DNA of 49,635 bases, from positions 1-49,635 of the forward strand of contig DASCPW010000066.1 in the NCBI GenBank assembly GCA_036012725.1, given 5' to 3'. The stretch comes from Rhodospirillales bacterium (GTDB taxonomy: Bacteria > Pseudomonadota > Alphaproteobacteria > Rhodospirillales > 2-02-FULL-58-16). Positions 33,346-42,892 of the stretch are shown in pieces (position 1 is the first letter of the stretch; every line of letters begins with the position of its first letter). The notes under the pieces are model-generated. The model saw nothing but the letters and a program-made list of their open reading frames with translations. It had not been told where the DNA came from and did not search any database. Both the position numbers and the translations under genes were made by a program.

Positions 33346-34233
33346 ATGCGCGAGACTTTTGAAAAATCTTGCCTGCTTGGAGCTTCCGGCCCGACAGCCG
33401 TCTTCGGGACGGGCTTCAAGGGGACCTGGGCTGCCGTCGCCGCCTCGGCGCTGCTGCACGGCGCCGTAACGACGGCGGCGGTCTTGGGCTGGAGCGAAAC
33501 CACGCCCACCGCCGGGTCGGCGGTTGTCGTCGAACTGGTTTTCATCTCGCCCGATCCCGGCGGCTCCGGCGAGTCGGCCGGAAATGAAAGCCGGGCTGAT
33601 CTGTCTGTTACCAAGAGCAGGGAACAAGGGGTGATGCAGCCCGTCCCCGTCGAGCGGCAAGCTCAACCGCCACCCTCGGCCCCGCCGCCGGATACCTCCA
33701 ACAGGCCGACCGAGAAACCAGCCGCTGAAAAAAAGCCAAGCGGAGACCCGCCGGTGGAGCAAACGGCGGCTCTTCAATCCACCTCCCAACCCGCGCCCAC
33801 CAAGCCTTCACCACCAAAGGCGCAACCGGCGGCCCTCGAATCCATCTCCCAGCCGGCCACCGGCGGGGTGAAAACCGTCAACCTGTCGGCGACGACGGCG
33901 CGCGGCAAGCTTGATGCTTCAACCGCCGGAGTGGGCCGCGAAGGATATCTGGATGGGCCTAAGTTCCAGATGGGATCGGCGAGGAATCCCTTGCCCCGTT
34001 ACCCGAGAACGGCGCGGCGGCGGGGCATAGAGGGGCGCGTCATCTTGCGCGTCGTGGTCGGCGCCGACGGCCTGCCGCTGTCGATCGACGTTCATGAGAG
34101 CAGCGGTCATTCCATTCTCGACAGGGCCGCCGTCAAGGCGTTCAGGAAATGGCGGTTCCAGCCGGCCCGGCGTGCCGGAACCGCGGTGACCGCGCCCGTC
34201 GACATTCCCATCTCCTTCCGCTTGCAAGACTGA
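33346..34233 (+). CDS. tonB: Energy transducer TonB
   Basis: TM segment SALLH, Pro-rich linker, PRYPRTARRRGIEG, SSGHSILDRAA, WRFQP. Confidence 0.88.
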   Translation: MRETFEKSCLLGASGPTAVFGTGFKGTWAAVAASALLHGAVTTAAVLGWSETTPTAGSAVVVELVFISPDPGGSGESAGNESRADLSVTKSREQGVMQPVPVERQAQPPPSAPPPDTSNRPTEKPAAEKKPSGDPPVEQTAALQSTSQPAPTKPSPPKAQPAALESISQPATGGVKTVNLSATTARGKLDASTAGVGREGYLDGPKFQMGSARNPLPRYPRTARRRGIEGRVILRVVVGADGLPLSIDVHESSGHSILDRAAVKAFRKWRFQPARRAGTAVTAPVDIPISFRLQD

Positions 34234-34249
34234 TCTCCAAATAGACGCT

Positions 34250-35369
<1,120 letters not shown>

Positions 35370-35518
35370 TTTCAAAACTCCTTTGAGGTTATTGATACAG
35401 GATCGGCGCCATTGCATGCGCGGAAAATCTTGCTGCCGCCACATTAGCCGGTTCGGCGGCACGAGTTTTGTGCTAACCTCGGGTCACTATTTAAGGATTT
35501 GTTTTAGGAGAATTTCCC

Positions 35519-36079
35519 ATGAAGCCCCGCCCGCGCCTCCTGCTGGCCGCCGTCTTGTTGCTTGTTTTCAGCGGCCCCGCCATGGCCGCCGAGGACGATA
35601 CCTATGACATGGGAACGATCCTCAAGAAGGCCGAAACCTTTTTCGGGGGAACGACCAAGGGCCTGGCCGAGGTCATGCAAAAAACCTTCAAGGAGCACGG
35701 GTGGCCCAACGGGTACATCACCGGCGAGGAAGCCAGCGGCGCTTTCGTGGTCGGCCTGCGCTACGGCAGGGGCAAGCTCAACCGCAAGAACGGTGAAACC
35801 CGGGATATTTTCTGGCAGGGGCCGACCGTCGGCTTCGACATCGGCGGCAATGCCTCCAAGGTCTTTACGCTAATCTATCACATGAGCAAAACCGACGAGC
35901 TTTACCAGCGCATCCCGGGCGTCGACGGAAGCCTCTATATCGCCGCCGGTTTCGGCGTCAATTACCAGCAGACCGGCGAATTGATCCTGGCACCCATCCG
36001 CACCGGGGTCGGGCTCAGATTGGGCGTCAACGTCGGATATCTGCACTACGGCAAGAAGCAGACCTGGATACCATTTTAA
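35519..36079 (+). CDS. eipA: EipA (DUF1134) family envelope integrity protein
   Basis: Signal peptide, GEEASGAFVVGLRYG, FWQGPTVGFD, APIRTGVGLRLG, TWIPF. Confidence 0.85.
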   Translation: MKPRPRLLLAAVLLLVFSGPAMAAEDDTYDMGTILKKAETFFGGTTKGLAEVMQKTFKEHGWPNGYITGEEASGAFVVGLRYGRGKLNRKNGETRDIFWQGPTVGFDIGGNASKVFTLIYHMSKTDELYQRIPGVDGSLYIAAGFGVNYQQTGELILAPIRTGVGLRLGVNVGYLHYGKKQTWIPF

Positions 36080-36093
36080 GGGAATCAAGCAAG

Positions 36094-37599
36094 ATGCCAT
36101 CCGAGCTTTATCACTTCATCGACGGCAAGCGGGTCGCCGGAACGAGCGGCCGCTTCGCGGATGTCTTCAATCCGGCGACCGGCGAGGTTACGGCGAGGAC
36201 GCCGCTGGCTTCGGCCGACAAGGTTGCCCAGGCCATCCTGTCGGCGGCGCAGGCGGCGCCGGGATGGGCGGCGACGCCAGCGGCAAAACGGGCCCGGGTG
36301 ATGTTCAAATTCCGCGACCTGGTGATCAACGAGACGGTAGCGCTGGCGGAGATAGTGTCGTCCGAGCATGGCAAGACCTTGGCCGACGCCGAGGGCGAGA
36401 TCGCCCGCGGCATAGAGGTTGTGGAGTTCGCCTGTGGCATTCCCCATCTGCTTAAGGGCGAGTATTCGCAAAACGTCGCCACCGGCATCGACTGCTACAG
36501 CCTGCGCCAGCCGATCGGCGTTTGCGCCGGGATCACGCCGTTTAATTTTCCGGCCATGGTGCCCATGTGGATGTATCCGGTGGCCATCGCCTGCGGCAAC
36601 GCATTCTTGCTCAAGCCTTCGGAAAAGAACCCCTCGGTGGCGCTCAGGCTCGCCGAACTGGCCATCGAGGCCGGCCTGCCCGAGGGTGTGCTGAATGTCT
36701 TGGGTGGCGACAAGGAAGCCGTCGATGCCATCCTCGCCGCGCCCGAGATCGGCGCCGTCAGCTTCGTCGGCTCGACCGCCGTCGGCCAAAATATCTACCA
36801 AACCGGCGCCGCCAACGGCAAAAGGGTACAGGCGCTTTGCGGGGCCAAGAACCATCTGCTGGTGATGCCGGACGCTGATATGGAGCAAACGGCCGATGCC
36901 TTGATCGGCGCCGGTTACGGCTCGGCCGGCGAGCGCTGCATGGCGGTTTCGGTGGCGGTGGCGGTGGGCGATGGAACCGCCGACAAACTTGTCAAAAAGC
37001 TGGCGCCACGAGTGCGGGCGCTAAAGGTCGCTCCCTATACCGATGCCGCTGCAGAAATGGGGCCGATCATCAGCCGGCAAGGCAAGGAGCGGATTTTGGC
37101 CGCCATCGAGGCAGGCATCGTTGCCGGCGCCGAGTTGCTGGTCGATGGCCGCGAGCTCTCCTTGCAAGGTTACGAGAACGGCTTTTTCCTGGGCGGCTGC
37201 CTGTTCGACCGGGTCACCCCGGAGATGAACATTTACAGAGACGAGATCTTCGGCCCCGTGCTGTCGATAGTCCGCGTCCGCGACTACGAGGCCGCCATCG
37301 GCTTGATCAACGGCCACCAGTACGGCAACGGCGGCGCCATCTTCACCGGTGACGGCGGCGCGGCCAGTGACTTCGCCAGCCGGGCCGATACCGGCATGGT
37401 CGGGATCAACGTGCCGATCCCGGTTCCCGTCGCTTATTTCAGCTTCGGCGGCTGGAAACGTTCGCTGTTCGGCGACCACCACATGCACGGCATGGAAGGG
37501 GTGCGCTTCTATACCCGGTTGAAGACAGTGAGCGCGCGCTGGCCATCCGCCGCCGGCGCCGGGCCCGAATTCCACTTCAAGGCCGGCGGCGGCGATTGA
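36094..37599 (+). CDS. mmsA: CoA-acylating methylmalonate-semialdehyde dehydrogenase
   Basis: GITPFNFPAM, KPSE, SFVGST, GAKNH, GSAGERCMA, EIFGPVL, GINVPIPVP. Confidence 0.93.
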   Translation: MPSELYHFIDGKRVAGTSGRFADVFNPATGEVTARTPLASADKVAQAILSAAQAAPGWAATPAAKRARVMFKFRDLVINETVALAEIVSSEHGKTLADAEGEIARGIEVVEFACGIPHLLKGEYSQNVATGIDCYSLRQPIGVCAGITPFNFPAMVPMWMYPVAIACGNAFLLKPSEKNPSVALRLAELAIEAGLPEGVLNVLGGDKEAVDAILAAPEIGAVSFVGSTAVGQNIYQTGAANGKRVQALCGAKNHLLVMPDADMEQTADALIGAGYGSAGERCMAVSVAVAVGDGTADKLVKKLAPRVRALKVAPYTDAAAEMGPIISRQGKERILAAIEAGIVAGAELLVDGRELSLQGYENGFFLGGCLFDRVTPEMNIYRDEIFGPVLSIVRVRDYEAAIGLINGHQYGNGGAIFTGDGGAASDFASRADTGMVGINVPIPVPVAYFSFGGWKRSLFGDHHMHGMEGVRFYTRLKTVSARWPSAAGAGPEFHFKAGGGD

Positions 37600-37716
37600 C
37601 GGCGGAGCAGGATTTTCCCAGCCGCCATTTCTTGCTATCGCCGGCGGGGCGGTTTAATTTTTTCCAGGGACAAGGTGGCGCCGCCAAGATGGGAAAACTC
37701 AAGGGGAAAAAATAAT

Positions 37717-38040
37717 ATGGTTGTCGACAAACGCAGCAGGGCCCAAGAAATGGACCAGGCCATCAAATTCGAACTCGAATTCAAGGCCGAGGCGCGCCGC
37801 AACAAACTCCTGGGCTTATGGGCCGCCGAGAACCTGGGCTTGAGCGGCGATGCAGCCGAAGCCTACGCCATGGACGTCGTCGCGTCGGACATGGACGAAC
37901 CGGGGCCCGAAGACGTTGTCCGCAAGGTGATGAAGGATTTCACCGATAACGGCATCGCCATTGACGAAAAGCAACTGTGCGGCAAGATGGACGAGCTGAT
38001 CAAGATCGCGCGTACCGAGGTCCTCGCCGAGAACACTTGA
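37717..38040 (+). CDS. DUF1476 / F1Fo ATP synthase zeta inhibitor subunit
   Basis: FKAEARRNKLLGLWAA and EPGPEDVVRKV..D motifs. Confidence 0.82.
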   Translation: MVVDKRSRAQEMDQAIKFELEFKAEARRNKLLGLWAAENLGLSGDAAEAYAMDVVASDMDEPGPEDVVRKVMKDFTDNGIAIDEKQLCGKMDELIKIARTEVLAENT

Positions 38041-38269
38041 ATCCGTCGCTGACGGTGGTGCTAACTTCTTTGAAAATCCCATGTTTTTCCAACAACTCAA
38101 ATTCTGTAAATTCACCCCTAGCAAACACTTCAGCCTCTGACTGATCTGTCTTCTTAGTAGTTTTGCTTTTCCACTTCCCATTCACTTTGAAACGCATTCG
38201 CCAAAACGGCGATGCAGATACTTGCTCAATGACCAATTTGTTTGATATTAGTTCAACTGTGTTTGCCAA
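38041..38269 (-). mobile_element. AT-rich N-terminal remnant of a probable tyrosine integrase at the tRNA 3' end
   Basis: Abrupt GC drop. SPFWRMRFKVNGKWKSKTTKKTDQSEAEVFA resembles an integrase arm-binding N-terminus. Begins about 35 bp downstream of the tRNA CCA and has no catalytic domain. Confidence 0.55.
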
Positions 38270-38304
38270 TTTGCACCTCAGTTAATGTAGGTGAATGGCT
38301 GAGT

Positions 38305-38381
38305 TGGTGCGCCCGACAGGATTCGAACCTGTGACCCCCAGATTAGGAATCTGGTGCTCTATCCTACTGAGCTACGGGCGC
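38305..38381 (-). tRNA. tRNA-Arg (anticodon CCT)
   Basis: GCGCCCGTAGCTCAGTAGGATAGAGCACCAGATTCCTAATCTGGGGGTCACAGGTTCGAATCCTGTCGGGCGCACCA: cloverleaf, TTCGAA T-loop, encoded CCA. Confidence 0.97.
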
Positions 38382-38394
38382 GGTCGGCGCGCCG

Positions 38395-38952
38395 TCAATC
38401 GCCGATAAAGGTGGTGATGGGGAGAGAGTAATATACCATCGCCGTTTCCGTTCCCGGATTTTTGTCGCCAAGGCTGGCGTTGGAATAATGGGAAATGGCG
38501 AGACCGAGCCTTGAGCGGTTGTCAAAGCGGTAGGCGACCTCCAGTTGTGAGCGAAACTCAAAGGGATGGTCTAGGTCCAGACCACCATCATCCCTATCGC
38601 CGCCGGTGTAGTAACCGGGCGCGAAGCTGGGCGTGACGACGATGCGGTCGCCGAAGAACAGATCCCACAAGACGCCGGCGGAGAAAAAGTATTGGCTCGT
38701 CGTGGTCCCGGCGACGGCGGCGAAAGGCTTGAACTGGACATAGGGAACCTTGTAGTCGGAGCGGTATTCCAATCTGAACTCGGCACCCTCCTCGCGGCGC
38801 TTGTTAAAGTCATAGGCGCCGACCCCAAAGGAGATAAACGCCGGATCGTCGGCGCGCGCCGCGCCGGCGGCAAAACCCAACCCCAGGGCGAAAATAACCG
38901 CGATTGAAACTTGTAACCACCTTGTCACCGAAACGTCTCCGAAAATATTCAC
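38395..38952 (-). CDS. Acyloxyacyl hydrolase / lipid A 3-O-deacylase (PagL-like) beta-barrel
   Basis: Signal peptide, LEYRSD, FEFRSQLEVAYRF, catalytic HYSNA, NPGTE. Confidence 0.85.
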   Translation of the reverse strand: MNIFGDVSVTRWLQVSIAVIFALGLGFAAGAARADDPAFISFGVGAYDFNKRREEGAEFRLEYRSDYKVPYVQFKPFAAVAGTTTSQYFFSAGVLWDLFFGDRIVVTPSFAPGYYTGGDRDDGGLDLDHPFEFRSQLEVAYRFDNRSRLGLAISHYSNASLGDKNPGTETAMVYYSLPITTFIGD

Positions 38953-39059
38953 TGGAAAACCCGCATTTTACGGTAAAGAGGCGAAGTTACAAGGAAATTG
39001 GCGGCCGGAGCGTACCGGCGGCGGGCCGGCGCCGATTTTTATCAATTTAAAGGCCGGCC

Positions 39060-40019
39060 CTAAACCAGGCTTTTGAATTTTTCCGTAGCCCAGACCAGGG
39101 CCCGCCGGATTCCCGGCTCCATGGCCGAATGACCGGCATCGGGGACGATCACGTACTCGGCCCGGGGCCAGCCGCGAGCCAGTTCGTCGGCGCTGATGAC
39201 AGGACAAATCATATCATAACGTCCCTGGACGATGACGGCGGGGAGGTGGCGGAATTTGCCCAGGTTGGCGAGAAGATAATCGTCGTCGAGAAACATTCCG
39301 TGCTTAAAATAATGGGCCTCGAGGCGGGCCAGGGAGAGAGCGGCGCCGGGCCCGCCGTTCGCTGTCCCGGCCGGCGGTTTCGGCAACAGGGCCGAGGCGG
39401 CGTTTTCATAGGCGCTCCAGGCCGCCGCCGGAAGATGTACCCCGGGATCGGCATCGTTCAGGCGCCGGTGATAGCTGGCCAGCAAATTATTCCGTTCGCC
39501 GGCCGGCAAAAACTCCGAAAAGGCGCGCCAGGCTTCCGGAAAAACGGCCCCCATGCCGGTCATGAACCAGTCGATTTCCCGTTGCCGGCCAAGAAAAACG
39601 CCGCGCAGCACGAAGCCCAGACACCGCCCAGCTTGCTCCACCCCGTAGGCCAGCGCCAAGGTGGCACCCCATGAGCCGCCGAAAATCAGCCAACGATCGA
39701 CGTCCAGGTGACGTCGTAAGCTCTCCATGTCGTCAAGCAGGTGCCGGGTGGTGTTGCCGGCAAGCTCCGCGTAAGGCTTGGAACGGCCGGCGCCGCGCTG
39801 GTCGAAGATGATGACGCGGTAGTGGCGGGGGTCGAAGAAACGCCGATGCACCGGGCGCGCCCCGACGCCGGGGCCACCGTGCAGGAAAAGGACGGGAAGG
39901 CCATGCTCGTCGCCAGACTGCTCCCAGTACATCCGGTGACCGCCGTCAAGCTCCAGATAGCCCTGTTCGAAAGGCTTGATCGGCGGGTAAAGGTCGATCT
40001 TTTCGTCGCCAGCGTCCAT
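39060..40019 (-). CDS. pip: Proline iminopeptidase
   Basis: LHGGPG, FDQRGAGRS, FGGSWG, QGRYD, AGHSA. Confidence 0.94.
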   Translation of the reverse strand: MDAGDEKIDLYPPIKPFEQGYLELDGGHRMYWEQSGDEHGLPVLFLHGGPGVGARPVHRRFFDPRHYRVIIFDQRGAGRSKPYAELAGNTTRHLLDDMESLRRHLDVDRWLIFGGSWGATLALAYGVEQAGRCLGFVLRGVFLGRQREIDWFMTGMGAVFPEAWRAFSEFLPAGERNNLLASYHRRLNDADPGVHLPAAAWSAYENAASALLPKPPAGTANGGPGAALSLARLEAHYFKHGMFLDDDYLLANLGKFRHLPAVIVQGRYDMICPVISADELARGWPRAEYVIVPDAGHSAMEPGIRRALVWATEKFKSLV

Positions 40020-40049
40020 TGGCGCTCTTCCAGTCCGTTTGACGGGCCG

Positions 40050-40532
40050 TCAATAAGATTGGCCGTTTTTGTGTTTATAGGAGCGCTGCCCCGATTTTCT
40101 TTGCATTTTCAGATCGACGTCGGAATAGGTGACGGCCTCGGCGGGGACGCGGCTGCCGACCTCCAGATAGACCGCCGTCCCGGCGCCGTGATTGATCAAG
40201 TGGTGCCCATCCTCCACGCCGGCCGGAAAGCCGGCGGCCATTCCGGGTCCAAGAACCTGCTGGCCGGCGTCGGTGATCAGGGTCGCTTCGCCTTCTAGCA
40301 CGTAAACGAATTCGTCTTCCTGGTCATGCCAGTGGCGCAGCGCCGAGGCGGCTCCGGGCGGCAGGCGCACCAGGTTTACCCCGAATTGGGCAAGGCCCAG
40401 GGCATCACCCAAGGCTTGCCTGATACGTTCATCGGCGGGGCCGCGGAAGGCCCTGGGGTAGAACGAACCCGTCCGTTCGGGCACCGATCGCGGGTCAAGC
40501 GCCGGCAAAACCGGTTGCTGATTGGTTGGCAT
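40050..40532 (-). CDS. Cupin domain protein
   Basis: GLAQFGVNL, SALRHWH, EDEFVYVLEGE, GHHLIN, YSDVDL. Confidence 0.88.
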   Translation of the reverse strand: MPTNQQPVLPALDPRSVPERTGSFYPRAFRGPADERIRQALGDALGLAQFGVNLVRLPPGAASALRHWHDQEDEFVYVLEGEATLITDAGQQVLGPGMAAGFPAGVEDGHHLINHGAGTAVYLEVGSRVPAEAVTYSDVDLKMQRKSGQRSYKHKNGQSY

Positions 40533-40570
40533 TTTTTTCCTTACTCCTTGCTTCTGTCAGTGATTGGATT

Positions 40571-40640
40571 TTCACCACAAAGACAGCAAGACACAAATGC
40601 TTTCAGCAAATTCTTGGCGCTTTTCGAGTCTTGCCGGTAA
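40571..40640. repeat. Degenerate REP-like palindrome
   Basis: ttcaccacaaagacagcaagacacaa ... ttcttggcgcttttcgagtcttgccggtaa, imperfect inverted arms in an AT-rich intergenic stretch. Confidence 0.35.
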
Positions 40641-40740
40641 ACCCCTTCGCGGCCGGTCAAGGAACGAAATCCCAAGGTGGCAAGACCTCTTGTGAGCGCC
40701 GGGGTTTCTCTTTTCACCGCCTGGGTGTAACGTCTTTAAG

Positions 40741-41262
40741 ATGCTCGTCCGGCGCCAATGGAGAGTAACGATCGCCGCCACTGGCGCCTTGCTGGTTGTC
40801 ATGGCGGCGCTCCGGTCTCTCGCCGATGCCACCGGCCCTGTTTGCGTGATTGACGGAAACACTCTTTCCGTCAATGGTAAGCGCTAAGGCGGACGGTGTC
40901 ACGGCGGCACCCCCGTCCGCCTGCTCGCTATTGACGCGCCGGAACTCAAACAAGCATGCAAGCACCCAAGCGGCCGGGGGTTCCTATGCAGCCGGTTCGC
41001 CGCCGGTTTTCTCCTTGACCTGGTGAGAGGCAAACGGGTCTTTTGCAAAGGCGACAACCGCGATCAACATCGCCGCTTGCTGGCCATCTGCCATGTCAAC
41101 GGCGAAGACTTGAACGCCCGGATGGTCCGCGAAGGCTGGGCGCTCGGCGAGCGCCGCTTGTCGAAGAAATATACCGCCGAGGAGACCACCGCCAAACAGG
41201 CGAACAAGAGGCTGTGGGGCATGCAGTTCACGCCACCTTGGGAATGGCGGAAGAACCATTGA
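40741..41262 (+). pseudogene. Thermonuclease (SNase-like) family protein with an in-frame stop
   Basis: One frame from ATG 40741: signal-like segment, VIDGNTL, TAA at 40885-40887, VRLLAIDAPELKQ, DLNARMVREGWA, LWG..F..PWEWR. Confidence 0.82.
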
Positions 41263-41289
41263 ATAATTTAAGAATAATCTAGGTGAAGC

Positions 41290-41535
41290 ATGGAAGAAGT
41301 CAGGGTATCGATTAAAGAGATTTATATTCCTCAAAAGCACCGCGACGGTGTCAATCCCGAGACGGTCGCGGAAATCGCCGAAAGCATCCTCGAACAGGGT
41401 CAGAAAACTCCGATCCAGGTGCGCCAGGGCAAGGGCCGGTTGGTCCTGGTGACCGGCAAACACCGGCTCCAGGCCTGCAAGGACCTGGGCGAAGAGGAAA
41501 TCACCGCCATCTTCGTCGGCGCCAGGCGCTATTGA
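41290..41535 (+). CDS. Small ParB/Sulfiredoxin N-terminal-domain protein
   Basis: IAESILEQGQKTPIQVR and LVTGKHRLQAC; 81 aa. Confidence 0.8.
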   Translation: MEEVRVSIKEIYIPQKHRDGVNPETVAEIAESILEQGQKTPIQVRQGKGRLVLVTGKHRLQACKDLGEEEITAIFVGARRY

Positions 41536-41551
41536 AGATACGCCCGCCGCC

Positions 41552-41632
41552 TGATCTGCCCCCCTTAACCGGATCCAAATGTTTAGTTAGAGAAACTGTG
41601 CATCTGGATCCATGGCATAAGGGGGGCGGCCA
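41552..41632. mobile_element. 81-bp IS3-family-like miniature element (TG...CA ends)
   Basis: Left end TGATCTGCCCCCCTTAACCGGATCCA; reverse complement of the right end TGGCCGCCCCCCTTATGCCATGGATCCA. No transposase gene. Confidence 0.6.
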
Positions 41633-41755
41633 CCCAACCAGGAGTTCGTCACCGTCGAACAGGTAGCAGACTTGTCCATCTTCCTTTGTTCCAAGTCTGG
41701 ATCAAGCATGAACGGCACCGCAGTTTCCATGGATGGCGGCTGGACGGCCAAATAA
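41633..41755 (+). pseudogene. C-terminal fragment of an SDR (3-hydroxybutyrate dehydrogenase-like)
   Basis: PNQEFVTVEQVADLSIFLCSKSGSSMNGTAVSMDGGWTAK*, beginning exactly at the right end of the IS-like element. Confidence 0.75.
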
Positions 41756-41786
41756 AACAAATGCTGAGACGTCCGCCTCGGATCTA

Positions 41787-41800
41787 GGCTGTGTAAAAAC
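41787..41800. mobile_element. Possible IS1182-family terminal inverted repeat remnant
   Basis: GGCTGTGTAAAAAC resembles IS1182-type ends as recalled. No partner end or transposase is visible. Confidence 0.35.
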
Positions 41801-41947
41801 GTTTACTACCTTCCCAGTGTGACGCGCCGGCTGGTTCTAACGATTTGTTTTCCTGTTTTGGAGGATTTTGCGACCGGTGCGGCGCCATGGACCGGATTTA
41901 ACGGTTCTTTGCGTCGATCTGGCAGGATGCGGGCGCAAATACGGGGA

Positions 41948-42886
41948 CTAGGGCACCAGGTTTGGCAACAATACAGATAGGGTAATGATAGAAATCAGAG
42001 TGCTTGTCAGGATTGCTGCGGAAGAGAGCTCCTCGTAGCGCCCATACTGTTGGGCAACGATGAACAGTCCGACACCGGACGGCAGCGCCGAGGTCACAAC
42101 GCAAACACCTGCCCAAAGAGGCTCCAATTCGAAAACCTGGAAGGCCAGCCAATAGGTTGCCGCCGGCTGGATGCCAAGCTTGAAGAGGCTCATCAGGCCT
42201 ACTTCTCCCCAGGCAGGGCGAGTTCGCTGGGTTGAAAGGAAGAGACCCAGAGCGAAGAGCGCACAGGGCCCGGCGGCCTTGCCCATCAGGTCGCAAAAGT
42301 TGCCTAACGGTTCTGGTAAAGGCTGGTTGAAAGCCGCCCAGACGGCTCCCGCAGCCGGCGCCACGAGCAAGGGGTTGCGGAACAAATTTCGTATCACGTG
42401 CCCCGCCAGGGCAGCAGAGCCACGCGCATCGGAAGCCTCGACCTCGATCATAGTCATGACGATGGCTACGACGACCGTGCTGGTCAGAACAGTAGCGATG
42501 ATCGCTGGCAATACCGCTGAATCGCCGAAGGCAAACATGGAAAGTGGAATGCCTAGATGGCCGGTATTGCCATAGGAGCTGGCCATGGCGAATAGAGCTC
42601 CGTTCGCCATACCCTTTCGGAAAAAAAACAGACCTAGTGCCAAAGCAGGAATGAAAACCAGGGCTTGCCCCCCCAGAAAGGCCGCGATGAAGGCACCGTG
42701 GAAGAAGCTCCCTGGATCAACCCTGGCTAGGGCAGCAAATAGCAACGGCGGCAAGGCGAAGTAGAAAACGAAGCCGTTTAACGCCCGGCTACTGTCACTA
42801 CCCAAGACATTGAGATACCTTCCCCCCAGGTAGCCCGCCAGAATGATAGCGAAAACAGGAACCAGAACCTCTATCAGGACATTCAT
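41948..42886 (-). CDS. AEC (auxin efflux carrier/malonate permease) family transporter
   Basis: LNGFVFYFALPPLLF, GNTGHLGIPL, RNPLL, PCALFALG, KLGIQP, ALPSG; about 10 TMs. Confidence 0.9.
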   Translation of the reverse strand: MNVLIEVLVPVFAIILAGYLGGRYLNVLGSDSSRALNGFVFYFALPPLLFAALARVDPGSFFHGAFIAAFLGGQALVFIPALALGLFFFRKGMANGALFAMASSYGNTGHLGIPLSMFAFGDSAVLPAIIATVLTSTVVVAIVMTMIEVEASDARGSAALAGHVIRNLFRNPLLVAPAAGAVWAAFNQPLPEPLGNFCDLMGKAAGPCALFALGLFLSTQRTRPAWGEVGLMSLFKLGIQPAATYWLAFQVFELEPLWAGVCVVTSALPSGVGLFIVAQQYGRYEELSSAAILTSTLISIITLSVLLPNLVP

Positions 42887-42892
42887 GAAGTC

